Positions 14,056 through 27,112 of a stretch of DNA of 64,000 bases are shown here, piece by piece. Made by a program: the position numbers and the translations under genes. The stretch covers positions 26,598,001 through 26,662,000 of the forward strand of contig NC_045138.2 in assembly GCF_008831285.2 (NCBI RefSeq), read 5' to 3'. Below the pieces are notes generated by a model, which saw only the letters and a program-made list of their open reading frames with translations, was not told the DNA's origin and ran no database searches. This DNA comes from Nymphaea colorata. Taxonomy: Eukaryota. How positions within the stretch are numbered: the stretch's first letter is position 1; each line of letters begins with the position of its first letter.

Positions 14056-15952
14056 ATGGCGGTGAGCAACAACATAACGGCGGCGCTGAATTTCGTGGCG
14101 CTGCTGTGCTCGGTGCCGATCATCGGCGCGGGCATCTGGCTGGCGTCGAAGCCGGACAACGAGTGCGTGCGCCTCATCCGGTGGCCCCTCATCATCCTGG
14201 GCGTCCTCATCCTCCTCGTCTCCCTCGCCGGCTTCGTGGGTGCCTTCTGGCGCCTGCAGTGCCTCCTCGCCCTCCACCTACTCTGCATGCTCATCCTTAT
14301 CCTCCTCCTCCTCTTCTTCACCATCTTCGCCTTCGTCGTCACCTCCCCCAACGGCGCCGTCTCCGTCCCCGGCCGCCAGTACCAAGAGTTCCGCCTCTCC
14401 GGGTTCTCCGGCTGGCTCCGCAACTACGTCACCAACTCCGGCAATTGGGCCCAGATCCGCACCTGCCTCTCCTCCTCCGACGTCTGCCCCTCCCTCGCCC
14501 GGGAGTACTCCTCTCCCGACCAATTCTTCGCCTCCTCCGACATCTCTCCCCTCCAAGTGAGCGCCTCTCCCTCTCTCTTTCTCTCTCTCTCTCTCTGCCT
14601 GCTCCCGCACCAGCAAGCCAGCAACAGGGGCAGGACAGGTTTGTCCTTTCGGCCGTTCCTGAAGGCTACTTTTGGAATAAAAAATTGCTGAGTACTCTTT
14701 TTTCCACGCACCGGCCAGGCCACCGCCCTGAGGGAAAAATTCTTTCTCGCAGTGGGGTCGGCCGCAGACGGTTTTCGTTGCTCTATAAATTATGCCGAAA
14801 TAATCCGGCGAAAAATTGGATGGCAACCGTGATTTTTTTTTTCCGACTTATAATATAAAGAGTTTTATTCGAAATGAATGAGTGAATTTCACCTGTTTAG
14901 TAGACATTTTTTTTTAAAGTTATGAAAATAAATTTTTATGCAATACAAAGAACAAAACTCTCGAAGGCTTCTTCTTTTGATTTCGTTGATACAGATACTG
15001 TACATACTGTAAATAAGAAATAAGGAACAATCTTGTGTAATATATGAAGAGGCTGAAAATTTAAGATCTGGTCTCCTGGTATTTATTCTTCTTACTCCAA
15101 GGAGAAAAAAGAATTGAATTATTGGGTCTCTTTTTTCATTGAAGTACGGGCAACAGAGTTTTTTTTTTTTTTTAGTTATGTGGGGTGGGCGGGTGGATGG
15201 ATGGGGGCGATAAAGTTCGTGTTTCTTTCTACTTTTTCTTTCACCTTTTGTCCAGGGTGATGCAGTCAGACTTTGTCCTTCTTTTCCTTCCCAACCAAGG
15301 AAGGATCCATGGCTGTTTGGATCAAACCCACCCCCATGGACATATGGCAGCTTTGTAACCAGTTGAGTAACATAAGCCAAGGTGGTAGTTCTCTCTCTAT
15401 AATGTTGGGATGAAGCCAGTACTTAGAGTTGGAAAACTTGTCAAATTTTTATAGGAATAGATTGGATTCGAACCCCGCACCTTTAGCTGTCATTTATTCA
15501 CCTGATTGCGGAATTCAGATTTGAAATTTTTCCAAGTGAAGGCGATGAAAAAAGAAATCAATACTGAAGTTGCGTCTCTTGGCATCTTGAATTTCTTGGG
15601 GATGATGGCAACAAATTAATTACTGCATCTGTCTTTGTAGTCTGGATGTTGTAAGCCTCCGACGATGTGCGGCTACAACTATGTGAATCCAACGCTCTGG
15701 GTGAACCCGATCAATCCGGCCGCGGACACAGACTGCTATCTGTGGAGCAACGATCAGAGCCAGTTATGTTATAACTGCAATTCCTGCAAGGCTGGGCTGC
15801 TGGGAAACATGAGGAAGGAGTGGAGGAAGGCCAATGTAGTGCTGATTGTGACTCTGGTGGTGCTCATATGGGTGTACATGATCGCCTGCAGCGCCTTCCG
15901 GAATGCCCAGACGGAGGCGCTCTTTCGTCGGTACAAACAGGGATACGTCTGA
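14056..15952 (+). CDS. TET2: Tetraspanin, TET2-like; exons 14056-14556 and 15641-15952
   Basis: MAVSNNITAALNFVALLCSVPII start, four hydrophobic segments, QYQEFRLSGFSGWL, SPLQ|SGCCKPP plant tetraspanin motif split by the single intron, LCYNCNSCKAG, EWRKANVVL...SAFRNAQTEALFRRYKQGYV tail. Confidence 0.93.
15159..15380 (-). mobile_element. Putative tRNA-derived SINE in the tetraspanin intron
   Basis: On the minus strand: A-box-like ttactcaactgg, B-box-like gggtttgatcc ~30 nt later, a ~140-nt body and an A15 tail (T-run at 15159-15173). No clear TSD. Confidence 0.5.
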
Positions 15953-18900
15953 ACTTGATTCTCCACCGGTCTGTTACTTTGAGCCCGTGAGCTTTCTCTC
16001 TTAGCTCTCCTTCTCCAGACGATGTATATTAGATCAATGAAGGTAACCCAGAACAGCCTTCTTTTCTGTATGAATGTTTTGGCAGTGCATTCTAGTTGGT
16101 TGATCCTGTTCTTGGACATCCATGGTCTCCTAGAGAACAGAAAATGAAACTTGAATGCAACCCAGGTGGGTCTGGGGGCGCCATGGGTGGAGCTCGAAAA
16201 TGGTCAAATTTTTAAAAGTTTGAATATGAAAATAAAGAAAATTTCTCTGAAATATTGATTAAGTACCCACACCTGTCTCCGCTCTTGACATGAAGTTTCA
16301 GAGGCAAAGCTACATATGGACTGGTGCTTTTTTTATTTTTATGTCAAATATTTGTTATAAAAATTTGTTAAAATTTTTTTCTTAGCCCCGCCACTATCGG
16401 CATATGGGTTTGGATATGGATCGGGTTGAGCGAGCGCTCACGGCAAATAAAAGCTCGATTTGGACCTTCATGTGGGTAGCAGACTAGGTAGACAGAATGC
16501 CCAAGGTGAGGATTTGGTACTGGTTATTCCGAGGGAAAAGAATAAGGTGGGCGCAAAAAATATTCTGTGGCAGTGGGCAACGAATCTGATTCATGCTTCA
16601 TGAACCACAAGACTCGAAACCACTGCTAATTTGCTCACTTTGACAAAAGAAGTGCATATGCCCAACAGTTAACGACAAAGTCTTCATCATCAACATTATT
16701 ATTGTAGTTTCTTTTCAGACATTTTACAAATCATTCAACCAATGGTGTTTTGGAATATAGCAGCTAATATTCATTTCATACGAGGCTGTAAAGCATGGCC
16801 ATGAGTAGTCATTTTTTATGCCTAAGGCAACGGCAACCTCATCGTATAGCCTTGCGACTCCTTCGAAGTTTGCTACCTTATCAGGAGGAGCATATCATAC
16901 CTCTAATGAATGAGCAAACATTTAACAAGACAAGCCATCAAAGACTCAAAATTCCGGTGTTCGCCAAATCCTGACCAAAGCAATATAATGCAGCAAATCG
17001 TCAGGAGAAGAACTCTAGTTAGAGAGAGTTAAGTTGCTTTCATATTAGAGATCAGGAAGTAGCATTGTACACGCGTTATCCGCCAAAATGGTTAGACCCT
17101 ATAAACACCAAAGTATGGATTGTTCGCCCCAAATGCCGAAGCGTCTCCTGTTCTGCTCAAAACGCCGGAAAGATATACTGTTGGCATGCTTCGGACAATG
17201 GTTAGCCCCTGCAACAGAGTAAACAAGGAAAACTCTGTTAGCAACTGCAAGTCATGGCACATCTGCATGATCTCTTTATATGAACTTTCTCGTGCAGGTC
17301 TTAAGATTTGAAACAGCATTCAGGAAGAACAATCTTTTTTTTTTTTTGTGTTTCCAGAAGAAAATTCGAATACATGAGAATGACCGATAATCTATCCAAC
17401 TCACAATATTTTGAATCCTTGTGAGAAAAATGAGGGCATAGAGTCGTCAGAATGAATGGTAAGGAAGAGAAAGAAGCTCTGATTTGTTCTAAAAGGTACA
17501 AAATCATCGGAATTGTGGATAAAGATCAGAGACATCAGGGCCAAAACTGTGAGGCATTATGGAAGTAACCAAGCATTATGTGCCAAAACTTCATTGACCC
17601 ATTATAAAGCTAGCATCTTAAACTGGAAACTTCAATTTGGACTATAAAGCCATTAAAAGTCCGCTTGGATTTGGATATGGACTATGCTTTGCATTTAGCA
17701 AGCATGCAAATAGATCAATGATCTTCACATTTACAGAAGAAATCCAAGAAAATAGAACGACTATATATTGAAAACGAACAAGAGAGAGACTATGAAAGTA
17801 AGGAATCAACAAACTGAGACGCAAATTATGAAATAACTGGGATATATGTTACCACCATGATAGATAACCATGTTTTTCCAGAATAAGAAACCAACACAGA
17901 AAACTTTACCAGCATTGGCGGAGACATGATTGGCGACTATTTCATGTAGTACCTTGAACACCCCAGTGTGACTGGTTTTGCCATATCAGAACTTCAATCT
18001 CTCAATCAATAGTAATACTAATTTCAGCTTTTACACTCAAATAATGGGATCTTGTTTCACACTTATCCATCCAGAATAAGTGTTAAGCATTTCATACATA
18101 TGAATCTTTCACTACACTTCTTCGAATGGATGAACGACATCAGTTTATACTATAGAAGCACTAGGATCAACTGATTGAAGGTGGCTGGCCGATCTTAAGA
18201 CATCAGAAAGGCTATATAAAGATACTTTCTTGAGGATTGTGTAATTGATCTCAACAACTTGAAGTTAAAAAGAGTTTGTAACAAAATATTGAATAGTTTG
18301 CATCATCTTTCTCAGTTATAGAAAATGATGATCTCAGAGTCATCAAACAGTTAGAAGCCTGAGGGTACATCCTACAAAAAGGATGGCCTCATAGCTCAAG
18401 CAACCAATCTAAAGGGCCCTGTAGGAGGACATACTAGGATAAAGTGCACACCAGTAGTTGCTAGTTGCATGTGTTTCATGCAAAATATGCTGGGACAAAT
18501 TCAACACCACCTCAATCCCCCCATTCCTAGTAATACTTTGTTAACAAGGCTGCTCTGTAGCATAGGTAAACTGTTGTACAGCCATTAACTTGTCATTTTA
18601 GATGCATGGAACTCTTGGCTTCTTTTGAACAAAAAAAATTAGTCCTCCAGCTTTCCAAAATAACTGTGTCAAAACTATGGAGTGGGAAACAGTTTTAGAA
18701 GGAAAGTGAAGAGGAGGGAGAAAAGGATATGTGTCTTGTCTGCGCACAAGAAAGAGAGAGAGAGAAGAAGAAGAAGAAGAAAAGGTAATGAACATGGATA
18801 TGGTGGAGTATCTCTTGATGAAAAGAAAAATATCACTATAACATTAAATCTTAGAAAGTGCATATTTTCATATTCACCTGTAATATGAGAACATATGCCA

Positions 18901-19119
18901 ACGTTCTCACTTTTACTCTGTGTTCCATTGGGAGACATGGAAGCACCATGAATCACATAAAACACAATCTATCATGAAAAATATTGATAATGAAAAGTTA
19001 TGCCTTGATCCATGATAAGAAGAAAATGACTGAAAGCAAAGCACATATGAATTCAAAAACATATACCTTCAATGTTTTTCCAGGAAAATGGTGTCTACTA
19101 ATTCCAACATTCCCTTGCT

Positions 19120-21926
19120 CTACAAGCGTAGAATTTTATGTTCTTCAATATGGCGCCTGCAGATGCAAAATAAGTTTCCAACAGAATCATCAGATGTTGC
19201 AAGAGCTTTGGCCATACAAGGCTTAGGCAGCTAGCATGTGACATAACTAAAACATATGGTGTTTCGTACATGAATCAAACTTGAAAGTTGAAACTAATAG
19301 GCAATGAAGAATTATATCAATGCTCCAAACCTTTCCATTCTGATATTTCTAGACAAGAGCATCACAGTAAGCAGCACAGGAACCATCACCATACACAAAT
19401 GCTCTAGCGAGTGACCACTGATAACATAATGGTTGGCATTATAAATTCTTCTGTCTGCAGCAGATTCAAATTTGGCTAGAATGTAGAACCCTGCAAAGTT
19501 AGAAGCTTGCTGCTTTAGCAAACCACGCATTTTCACAGGAGAAATATATCAGATATCAGATCTCCTTTTGAAAATCGAGATGAGGAACTCTTGTAATTTA
19601 CAAAAGAATTTTCAATACTCAATTTCTCCCAATTAGTTCATATAACATCGCTAAAACGGCACTGAACACTAAGTGAACATGCACACATCAAGATAGGGTT
19701 GCCAACATGCATCTGAAATTCCACATGTATGTAAAAAATTTTCTGCGTCGACCAAGCAAACCAATAAGATAGGATTAGAGAGAATAAGCCAGCAAAATTC
19801 CATCAAACTTGATGCATGCAGAGACAAAACAAAAAATTATTTATAAGGGCATGACTTGCAGATCACACTTTTTCCTGTGGGGGTCTTTATAAGTATAGAA
19901 GCTAGCAACTCTAATGGTCTTCTAGTTCTAATAGCTATCATCACATACTACTTTCAGTGGTCCACTACCAATGTTCTACTAATCCCAGATTGCACATATA
20001 TATTGACCAATGATATAAAAGGCAACTGGAGATTGGATTGGTAATTTCTAACAAATTCGATTTCCTATTTGTATTTTCTTACATTGGTTGTTCCACGTTC
20101 ATGTTCAACAAAAGAATGAGGGTAGATGAATAAGGGTAGACGACACATGAAATCTAGATTTCCAGAACATCAATAAATTCGTAGTTTATACATGTATATG
20201 TATAAATTCCATTATATGTCACTAACACATGCACAGCGATGGATAGCAGGCTTGTGCAAAAGGCCTGGCACTTGTACCAGAAGAGACAAAGATAGGTTCA
20301 TGGTACTAAAGCATCATTTCTGTTTTATTACATTCAGGACAGCACCACTTATATTTGTCCTTTCTTAGTCCATCATGTATTTATATCAATCTTATATAAC
20401 AATTGAATTAGTTTGAGAATAAATTTGAGAAAATGGCAGTATTCCAACCTGCAGCATAAAGCCAGTATCGCGAATGAGTGTATCTGGGTGGGAAAATAAA
20501 TGTCATGACAGGAATTGCTAGGCACGGGACCAAGTGGAACAGCATGCATAACCGGAGATCATTGAAAATCCTGCAATCAGCTAGCATAGCATATGTAAAC
20601 AAGGCATTGATTACTTATGTTTCAAAAACTTTGTTGATTAAGCAGGAAGTTGATCATCATCTACTTGCTCAACTATAAAATTGACAATGAAAAGATCACC
20701 TCTCGTAGGCAGCACTCATGAACACTATCATTAGGAGAGGTATAAAAGAATTAATTCCAATCTGCTCATCCACTCTCTCAATAACAAAGCTAGTAAACAG
20801 CGAGGTAAATGCAATCATCATCTGCACAGAGTATTAAACTTAAGTGTCAACATACAAAACAGAAATATGATTGCATAAGAACTGATTACCAGCCAAAGTC
20901 TTATCATTCAAGTTGAGAAGCCCTTAGTTTTGAAAGCCTAACAGGGTCATTCTTCAACTGAGCTATGAGGAACATAATATATATATACATTGATAAACCT
21001 CATATTCAATCTGTTAGGCAGGCAATATATTCCATTATCAGTCACATTTGGTTTCATCCTGGTCCATCTTATAAAAGAATTGGAAACATTTTAAAGAAAA
21101 ATCCAGTTGCCATGTTCCATGATGCCAAAAGTAATAAGAGCGGAATGGTTGTTCAAGCATGAATAACAAACTATGGTTCAATCAAATTGCAATCAAACAG
21201 AACAGCACCCAGAATCCAAATTCTCTTCAATAAGCATGCCTGATTACGATAAGTTAGGAACAATATAATCACCAAGAACTTAGAATGAACAAATTTGATC
21301 ATCGAATCAGGCAACAAAAGAAGTGTGAAAAATCAAAAGGATTTTCTGCTTTATACCGGCAACCGATCCCAGAGAACTCTAGCATCGTCGGGCTTTAGAT
21401 GATAATACGCCGAACCAAATGCAGCTCCTGCAATTCCAGCATAGAAGAAAAACCAACCCCAAATCTCCCCTCTCAAGCTACAACATAGAAATCAAATCGA
21501 CCAACTTAAAACAAGAAGGATAAGAGGAAGAAGAATGAACCCTGCTGAACTGCACACACGAAAAATGGAAGGGGAGTTGAAACCATTACTTTATACCAAA
21601 GTAGTTCCCATGAAAACACAGTACAAGGCCAAATACACCAACAACAAGAAACGGGAAGCTGGTCACCACATTCAACGTATTAGGGACGCCTGCCATCGAT
21701 CAAAAATGTCAATTGTAAAACTCAAGAATGCAGATAAACTGCGATCGCAATCGGAGAAATGAAGGCAAAATCATCGACGGGTACCGAAGAAATTTCGCAT
21801 GTCTGCAAAGACATGGTATTTAGGGGACTGGGGTATCTTTGGAGTGGCCACCATGAGGCAAAGCCAAAACAAGAGTGCACCTCCCCATATCCGAGCACGC
21901 TTTACCTTTGGAGAGAGCACCGCCAT
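19120..21926 (-). CDS. Alkaline phytoceramidase-like / CREST-superfamily multi-pass membrane protein; exons 21926-21785, 21689-21590, 21477-21357, 20821-20700, 20570-20449, 19490-19331, 19156-19120
   Basis: Spliced translation: TPKIPQSPKYHVFADMRNFFGVPNTLNVVTSFPF...AFGSAYYHLKPDDARVLWDRLPMMIAF...DLRLC...FPPRYTHSRYW...ISGHSLEHL. The SxxxH, D and HxxxH metal-binding motifs are typical of this family. All splice sites are GT-AG and in frame; the last exon is less certain. Confidence 0.85.
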
Positions 21927-23035
21927 CTCTCTCCTTCTCTCCACTTACTTTCCCTCCTCCAGAACACGTACTTCCAGCACGCGAGACAGCGGAAGTTGAG
22001 GAATCGATGCTCGCCGTCCGGCATGTGACGGGCACCTCTCTCCCTCCCCCTCTCTCTCCTCCCCTGACTTCGACACGTAGCGTCTATCCGCAGTAAAAGT
22101 AAATAATTGCCAAGATTTAATCGCATGAATTGTTATTTCAGCGAACGTGCCTTGCTAGCTGCTCCAACATACAGAATTCTTATTAGATGATTGTGTTTAT
22201 TTATTGTATAAAAACTTCGCATTTGATCAACATAAAAGAGCCATGCATTCGGCAGTCACAGAATAACCAGTTCAACCGTGAAGAGTTCGAAGATACTTGA
22301 CCAGCTAGGTCCGATCTTCTTTATTAAGTTTGCCTGCATTTTTTCCATTTGAGCATATGATGGTGCCAAGCCATTTCTTCGCTCATGCAATTCCACACCT
22401 AGATATTACTAATAAATGGCCAACTTTAACAAGTATGGGATCTAATCATGTAAATATGGGTAAATCAAATTCTGTATATAGTTTACATAAAACATTCAAC
22501 TATGGAAACACATACGTAATTGTAACATGCTCTACTCCTCGAAGCTGGAGATCCAAAGGGTTCAATCTCTGTTGGGGTTTCAGACTAGATGTCGTAGTAC
22601 TAATATGTACTTAGCTAAGTCTAAACTTGATTTGGAATATGCCAAGGTTTGTGTAATGGATTAAACAAACTTGATCCAAAATTCCAACAAGAATTCAAGT
22701 ATCTCAAGAGAATGAAGCCACTCTTTCTTTTCTTCTCCTATTTTATGGTTCATGGCTCCTTTGAGACCTAGGTGAGAGCAATACATTGTTCAACGAAAGT
22801 GTGATACATCCACTATTTTAAAGTTCAAATGAATAGTACTCATGGGAATCAAACTAACCACTGGACTTTCATCAGTCTACCAATCTGACCAACTACGATA
22901 CATCCTCGTAACAAGAATTCAACTCAATGACACCAAACTTATTGTAAATGGGTTGACAGAAACTAGATGACTTGCATATGATTGGATTTTGTTGGGCCAA
23001 TATTCAAGATGGCATTCATGCATGGCCGGCCATTC

Positions 23036-23198
23036 CAGTGGCAGAGCAAAAAAAAAATTGGTTGGAAGGGCACTCGTTTAAAAATACTTATATTTGGTGA
23101 GACACTTGTATATATTATAAGATAAATGTTTAAGGATGCTCATTTTAAAATAAATAAATTTTAAGAGACTGGTATGAACAACTGTCGCTACGCCATTG
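23036..23198. mobile_element. Degenerate hAT-like MITE
   Basis: Termini cagtggcagagc / gctacgccattg are inverted repeats around an AT-rich core. The flanking 8-mers ggccattc / acctattc match at 5/8. Confidence 0.5.
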
Positions 23199-24783
23199 AC
23201 CTATTCCAATCTTCATAACTTATTACAAAGTGCGAACATGAGCATGACTTCATCATCAGAATCATTAAAACAAGCATCATATATTTGGGTTGGACTTAAT
23301 AAAACTGAGTTTACAACATGAATCACCTATGGTTGAGAGATATAGCTAGTGTTTAAGGGTTTCTTTTTGTCTTTTAGGGCTTGTTTGGTATTTGCCTGAA
23401 AGAATAAACCTATAAAGTAATGAGGCTTGTACTTCTTAGTTGAAAAGGCTAAAGCCCGCACTTAAGTCATACTCCTTCTTAGAAAAGTTTAATAATCATT
23501 TCGAAGAGGAGTTTCTAATAAAAAATTCATCCAGGTTCAAAGAAATCCATTAAGTGAAAAAAAAAAACATTTTTTTACATGTTTTGAAAGATCGTTTTAT
23601 CCCTTCGTTTTTTATGGTAGTCCCTCTACGTAGCTTGAAATTAGTTTTTATCCTTTGTATCATTATTGCATGCTAGTCTTGTTAAAAATTGTTACTAATG
23701 CTTTATCTTGATATTGTACAAAAAAAACATAAATGCTTATTACTTTATTTTATTTTAAGAAACGATAAATCATTTGCACTTTTTTTTTTAAAGGGTGGGT
23801 TTTTTAAAAGGTGGGTGGTTCATTCCATCGCCTTAAAAGAGGCCACTGGTCTCTTTCCTTCTGCATATCCCCTTGAATTCACAGAACATGTTTTGGGACC
23901 TTTTACAATTTAAAGGTAGAGCGCACTAGAAGAGTCGAACCACTTTGTCACCCAATACGCTATCACCCCTCGAGATAATGGTTTGCTGTTTGAAAGTCGT
24001 AAGTAGAATTCATGTTTTGGAATTGTAATAGTTGTGACGTGGTCAAGATTTCAATATTTTCTTGGTGTCTCTTGGTAAAGAGACCGTTACTTCTTTCAAG
24101 TTGAAAGACCGAATCGGCATCCCTCGACACCGACTTGGCCGTGGGGCGACTCGATAGCGCGTGGCAGCATCAGATCCACGGTGAACTATGTGGTATAGTT
24201 GGATTCATTGTGCACAAAAATTTTCATGCATCATGGTGCATTTGTATCCCAGATTTGGTGCTTATTGCTACAGTCAGATCGCATAGTCCAATCCATCAAA
24301 TTTGTTGGCCCTCCATTTTAATAAGGAAGAAATATTGACAATCAATGTGTTGATCAAATATTCCAAATATAAAATCGAGAATTGTAATCTTAAAAAAATC
24401 ATGAAATTCAATTTCTACATGAATGTTTCATGATTTTATTGAAAAATTTGTCGATCTTTGGCATTCTATATCCATACGTCCGGATTTAAAAAACTAAAAG
24501 AACATTAAACTAAAGTCTGAATAGGAGATATCGGCAAACTATATATACACCCTGATTTTAGGTTAAAAATTTATATATTATAATTCACAGAAAATTTTAT
24601 TTACCAAGATGTATTTAGGAAGAAACTACCAATTTAAGCAAAAAAAAAAAAAAGCACTGAGGTATGGGAACTCTCAGCCTCATGCTCTAGACTCTACCTT
24701 ACAAGCATTCACAAGAACTATTGGATTGTTCTAACTTTTAAGAGGACATTCGTGATTTCACAAGTTTTACATATATATAGACA

Positions 24784-25162
24784 AATTGGTAAAGCCCATA
24801 TCACTTGGGTAAGAAATAATAACTAACTCATCAAAATTAAAGTGGTTTTTCTACAATCTAACCTTATAGATATTATCGTAAGAGCGATTTAGTGAGAAAC
24901 ATGTATTAAGTTAATCATTTTTTACTTCAATAATGTTCTTTTAACCTTCAAAAAATGAATGACTCTTATAATATCAACATTTTGACAACAGAAAAGATCT
25001 ATTTTTTTTCCAAAAATAACTTGAACTAAAACATGGTTTATATTTAGTGTTTATATAAACACATGAGGGTGTTCATATTTTATTTAAAATGCTTTTTAAT
25101 ACAAATTAATTAAAAGATTTGGTCTTTATTCCTTACCCAAAGTAGTCTATTATTTACCAATT
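24784..25162. mobile_element. MITE (~380 bp) with ~35-bp imperfect TIRs, copy 1
   Basis: The left end aattggtaaa...acttgggtaagaaataa is inverted with the right end ttattccttacccaaagt...tttaccaatt. The body is colinear with 60714-61082. Confidence 0.75.
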
Positions 25163-26960
25163 ACGTATAGATCCAGGGGCCCGACGCTTTGCTCCCCCCT
25201 CAAAATAAATAAAGAAAATTACATGTGAAAATCTTTTTTAGCCTATATAAAAATTTTCAAAAATTATATTTTTCCCATGTTAAAATTTTGAAATTATATA
25301 TATATATATTATATTATGTGTGTGTGTGAAGAAAACAAAGAACTAGAATAGTAATCACAATCTTAATGATATAAGCTCATTCAATATTTCGTTGGCAGCT
25401 AGCTAGTGACAGCTTCTTTCCATGGACTCGTGATTTCCATAATGGAAAGAGAATTGATGTACTTTTGGAGAACAAATTAGGTAAAAACACGCAGCAAATG
25501 AACAGAATGTGATGAATATCTGGTAGAATACGACATGCTACTTGATATGTTAAGCAGAACGCGTTCAGGCCCTGCACTATAGTTTCATAGTAAATATACT
25601 GTGCTTCTTCGAGGTTCTCTCCCTTGAAAAAAATGGTGTCAGTAGTTTCATGGATAAGTAGAAAGGTAGTCCCATCGATTTGACATTCATATTGTACAAT
25701 TATTGTCTTGTAACATGCCATCACAGGGATAAACACAACAATTTTTTTTTCTGCAGATGTGAAAAGAAAGTTCTTGCCTTTGGCTGATTCTTCTGGCAAG
25801 GTCGCAACAGTTCAAAGAACTTAGTGCAGTCTCTGCTGTAAACAAAAGAAGAATTGACAATTTGAATCATTAAACAGTCTCATATTTTTTGAAAGACACC
25901 CTATACAGGCAATCTCTCTCTCTTTCTCTCTCTCCTGATCATTGTTCCATTGTTTTTAATTTCCAAGGAATAAAATGGAAGATGACCTGTAAGGCTGTAA
26001 CTCATAAGTCTTAATAACTCTTAAACAATAACCCAAAATTTCAGATCCGTAAACCAGAAGGGGACATCAGACGTGCATGAAACCTCACATTTCATCTCTT
26101 TTTGAGAAGTTATCCATGCATATGTTGCCTTCATCTAGCTTAAAGAAGTTGCTTCAGATAAGCAATTTGGAAAGAGGCAACAGGTAATAGGAAAAGTAGC
26201 ACTGAGTACTGAAAGCTTCTCTGAAACTGCACTGACACATTCAAGCTGGTTTCAATGCACGGAAATGGGCGGCTCCAACAAGTTGCTTGACATTGCACAT
26301 GCGTATCCCATCTTCTCTGACCGCTTCCTGCATGATCTTTAGTTGCTCTTCAGGCAACAGCTACACCGGCCTCATGCATACGACAATTTGATTAGATGGG
26401 TTGTCAACTCATGTCCTCACCAAGTTACTACTGGTGGATTGGTATCATTCACTTATTGAGAAAGAGTTATTTGATGGGTATCAGTCACTTGCAGAGAAAG
26501 AGAGGGAGAGGTTGCAAGTTTGTAACTGAGGGACTTCCTGACCCATTGCTGGTTATGATAATAGTTTCGTAAAGAATCTTTCTACTGTTCTGATCACCGA
26601 ATCTCTGTAAAAGAAAGTTAACATTGACGTTAATTAGTCGAATACTCAAAAGGATGTTTGACGCGCTAGAACATTGTATCTGTCACGGGACAGAGTGTTC
26701 CGTGCTTTGAATGCTGTCATGATGTCATCTCCATCCTACCAACTTAGCAATGGATTAAGCTCTTGTTTGAAACCCTTCTGCAAGAAGCTCCTTCTGATAC
26801 AAAACGGCCATGGCGGAATTGGCAGCTTGAGAAGATGGTGCACAGAACAGACATGACTCCTTTTTCCCCATGTGAAAGCGGATCCAATTTTCAAGGCATG
26901 ACTCGACAATTGTGATTGACAGGTTGAATCTTTCATCGCTCATAATGGGTCTTCTCTGTA

Positions 26961-27112
26961 GCTCATGAAGAAAATGTTGGTAGTTATCATACCTACAGAA
27001 AATATTCCAACAGCTCATGAAGAAATTGTTGGTAGTTATCATGTTACAGAAAAAATTCCAATAGCTCATGAAGAAAATGTTTGTAGTTATCATACTTGCA
27101 GAAAATATTCTA
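26961..27112. repeat. Minisatellite, three copies of a 51-52 bp unit
   Basis: gctcatgaagaaa.tgtt.gtagttatcat... starts at 26961, 27013 and 27064. Confidence 0.93.

Noticed and set aside
13785..14858. 357-aa ORF and other long overlapping ORFs at the tetraspanin locus
   Set aside because: Shadow frames of the GC-rich TET2 exon 1 with low-complexity Pro/Arg translations.
15464..15474. tRNA gene
   Set aside because: Only a B-box is present; no acceptor stem or cloverleaf can be built.
26961..27112. Regularly spaced repeats as a CRISPR array
   Set aside because: The whole unit repeats with no unique spacers, there are no cas genes and the context is eukaryotic; it is a minisatellite.
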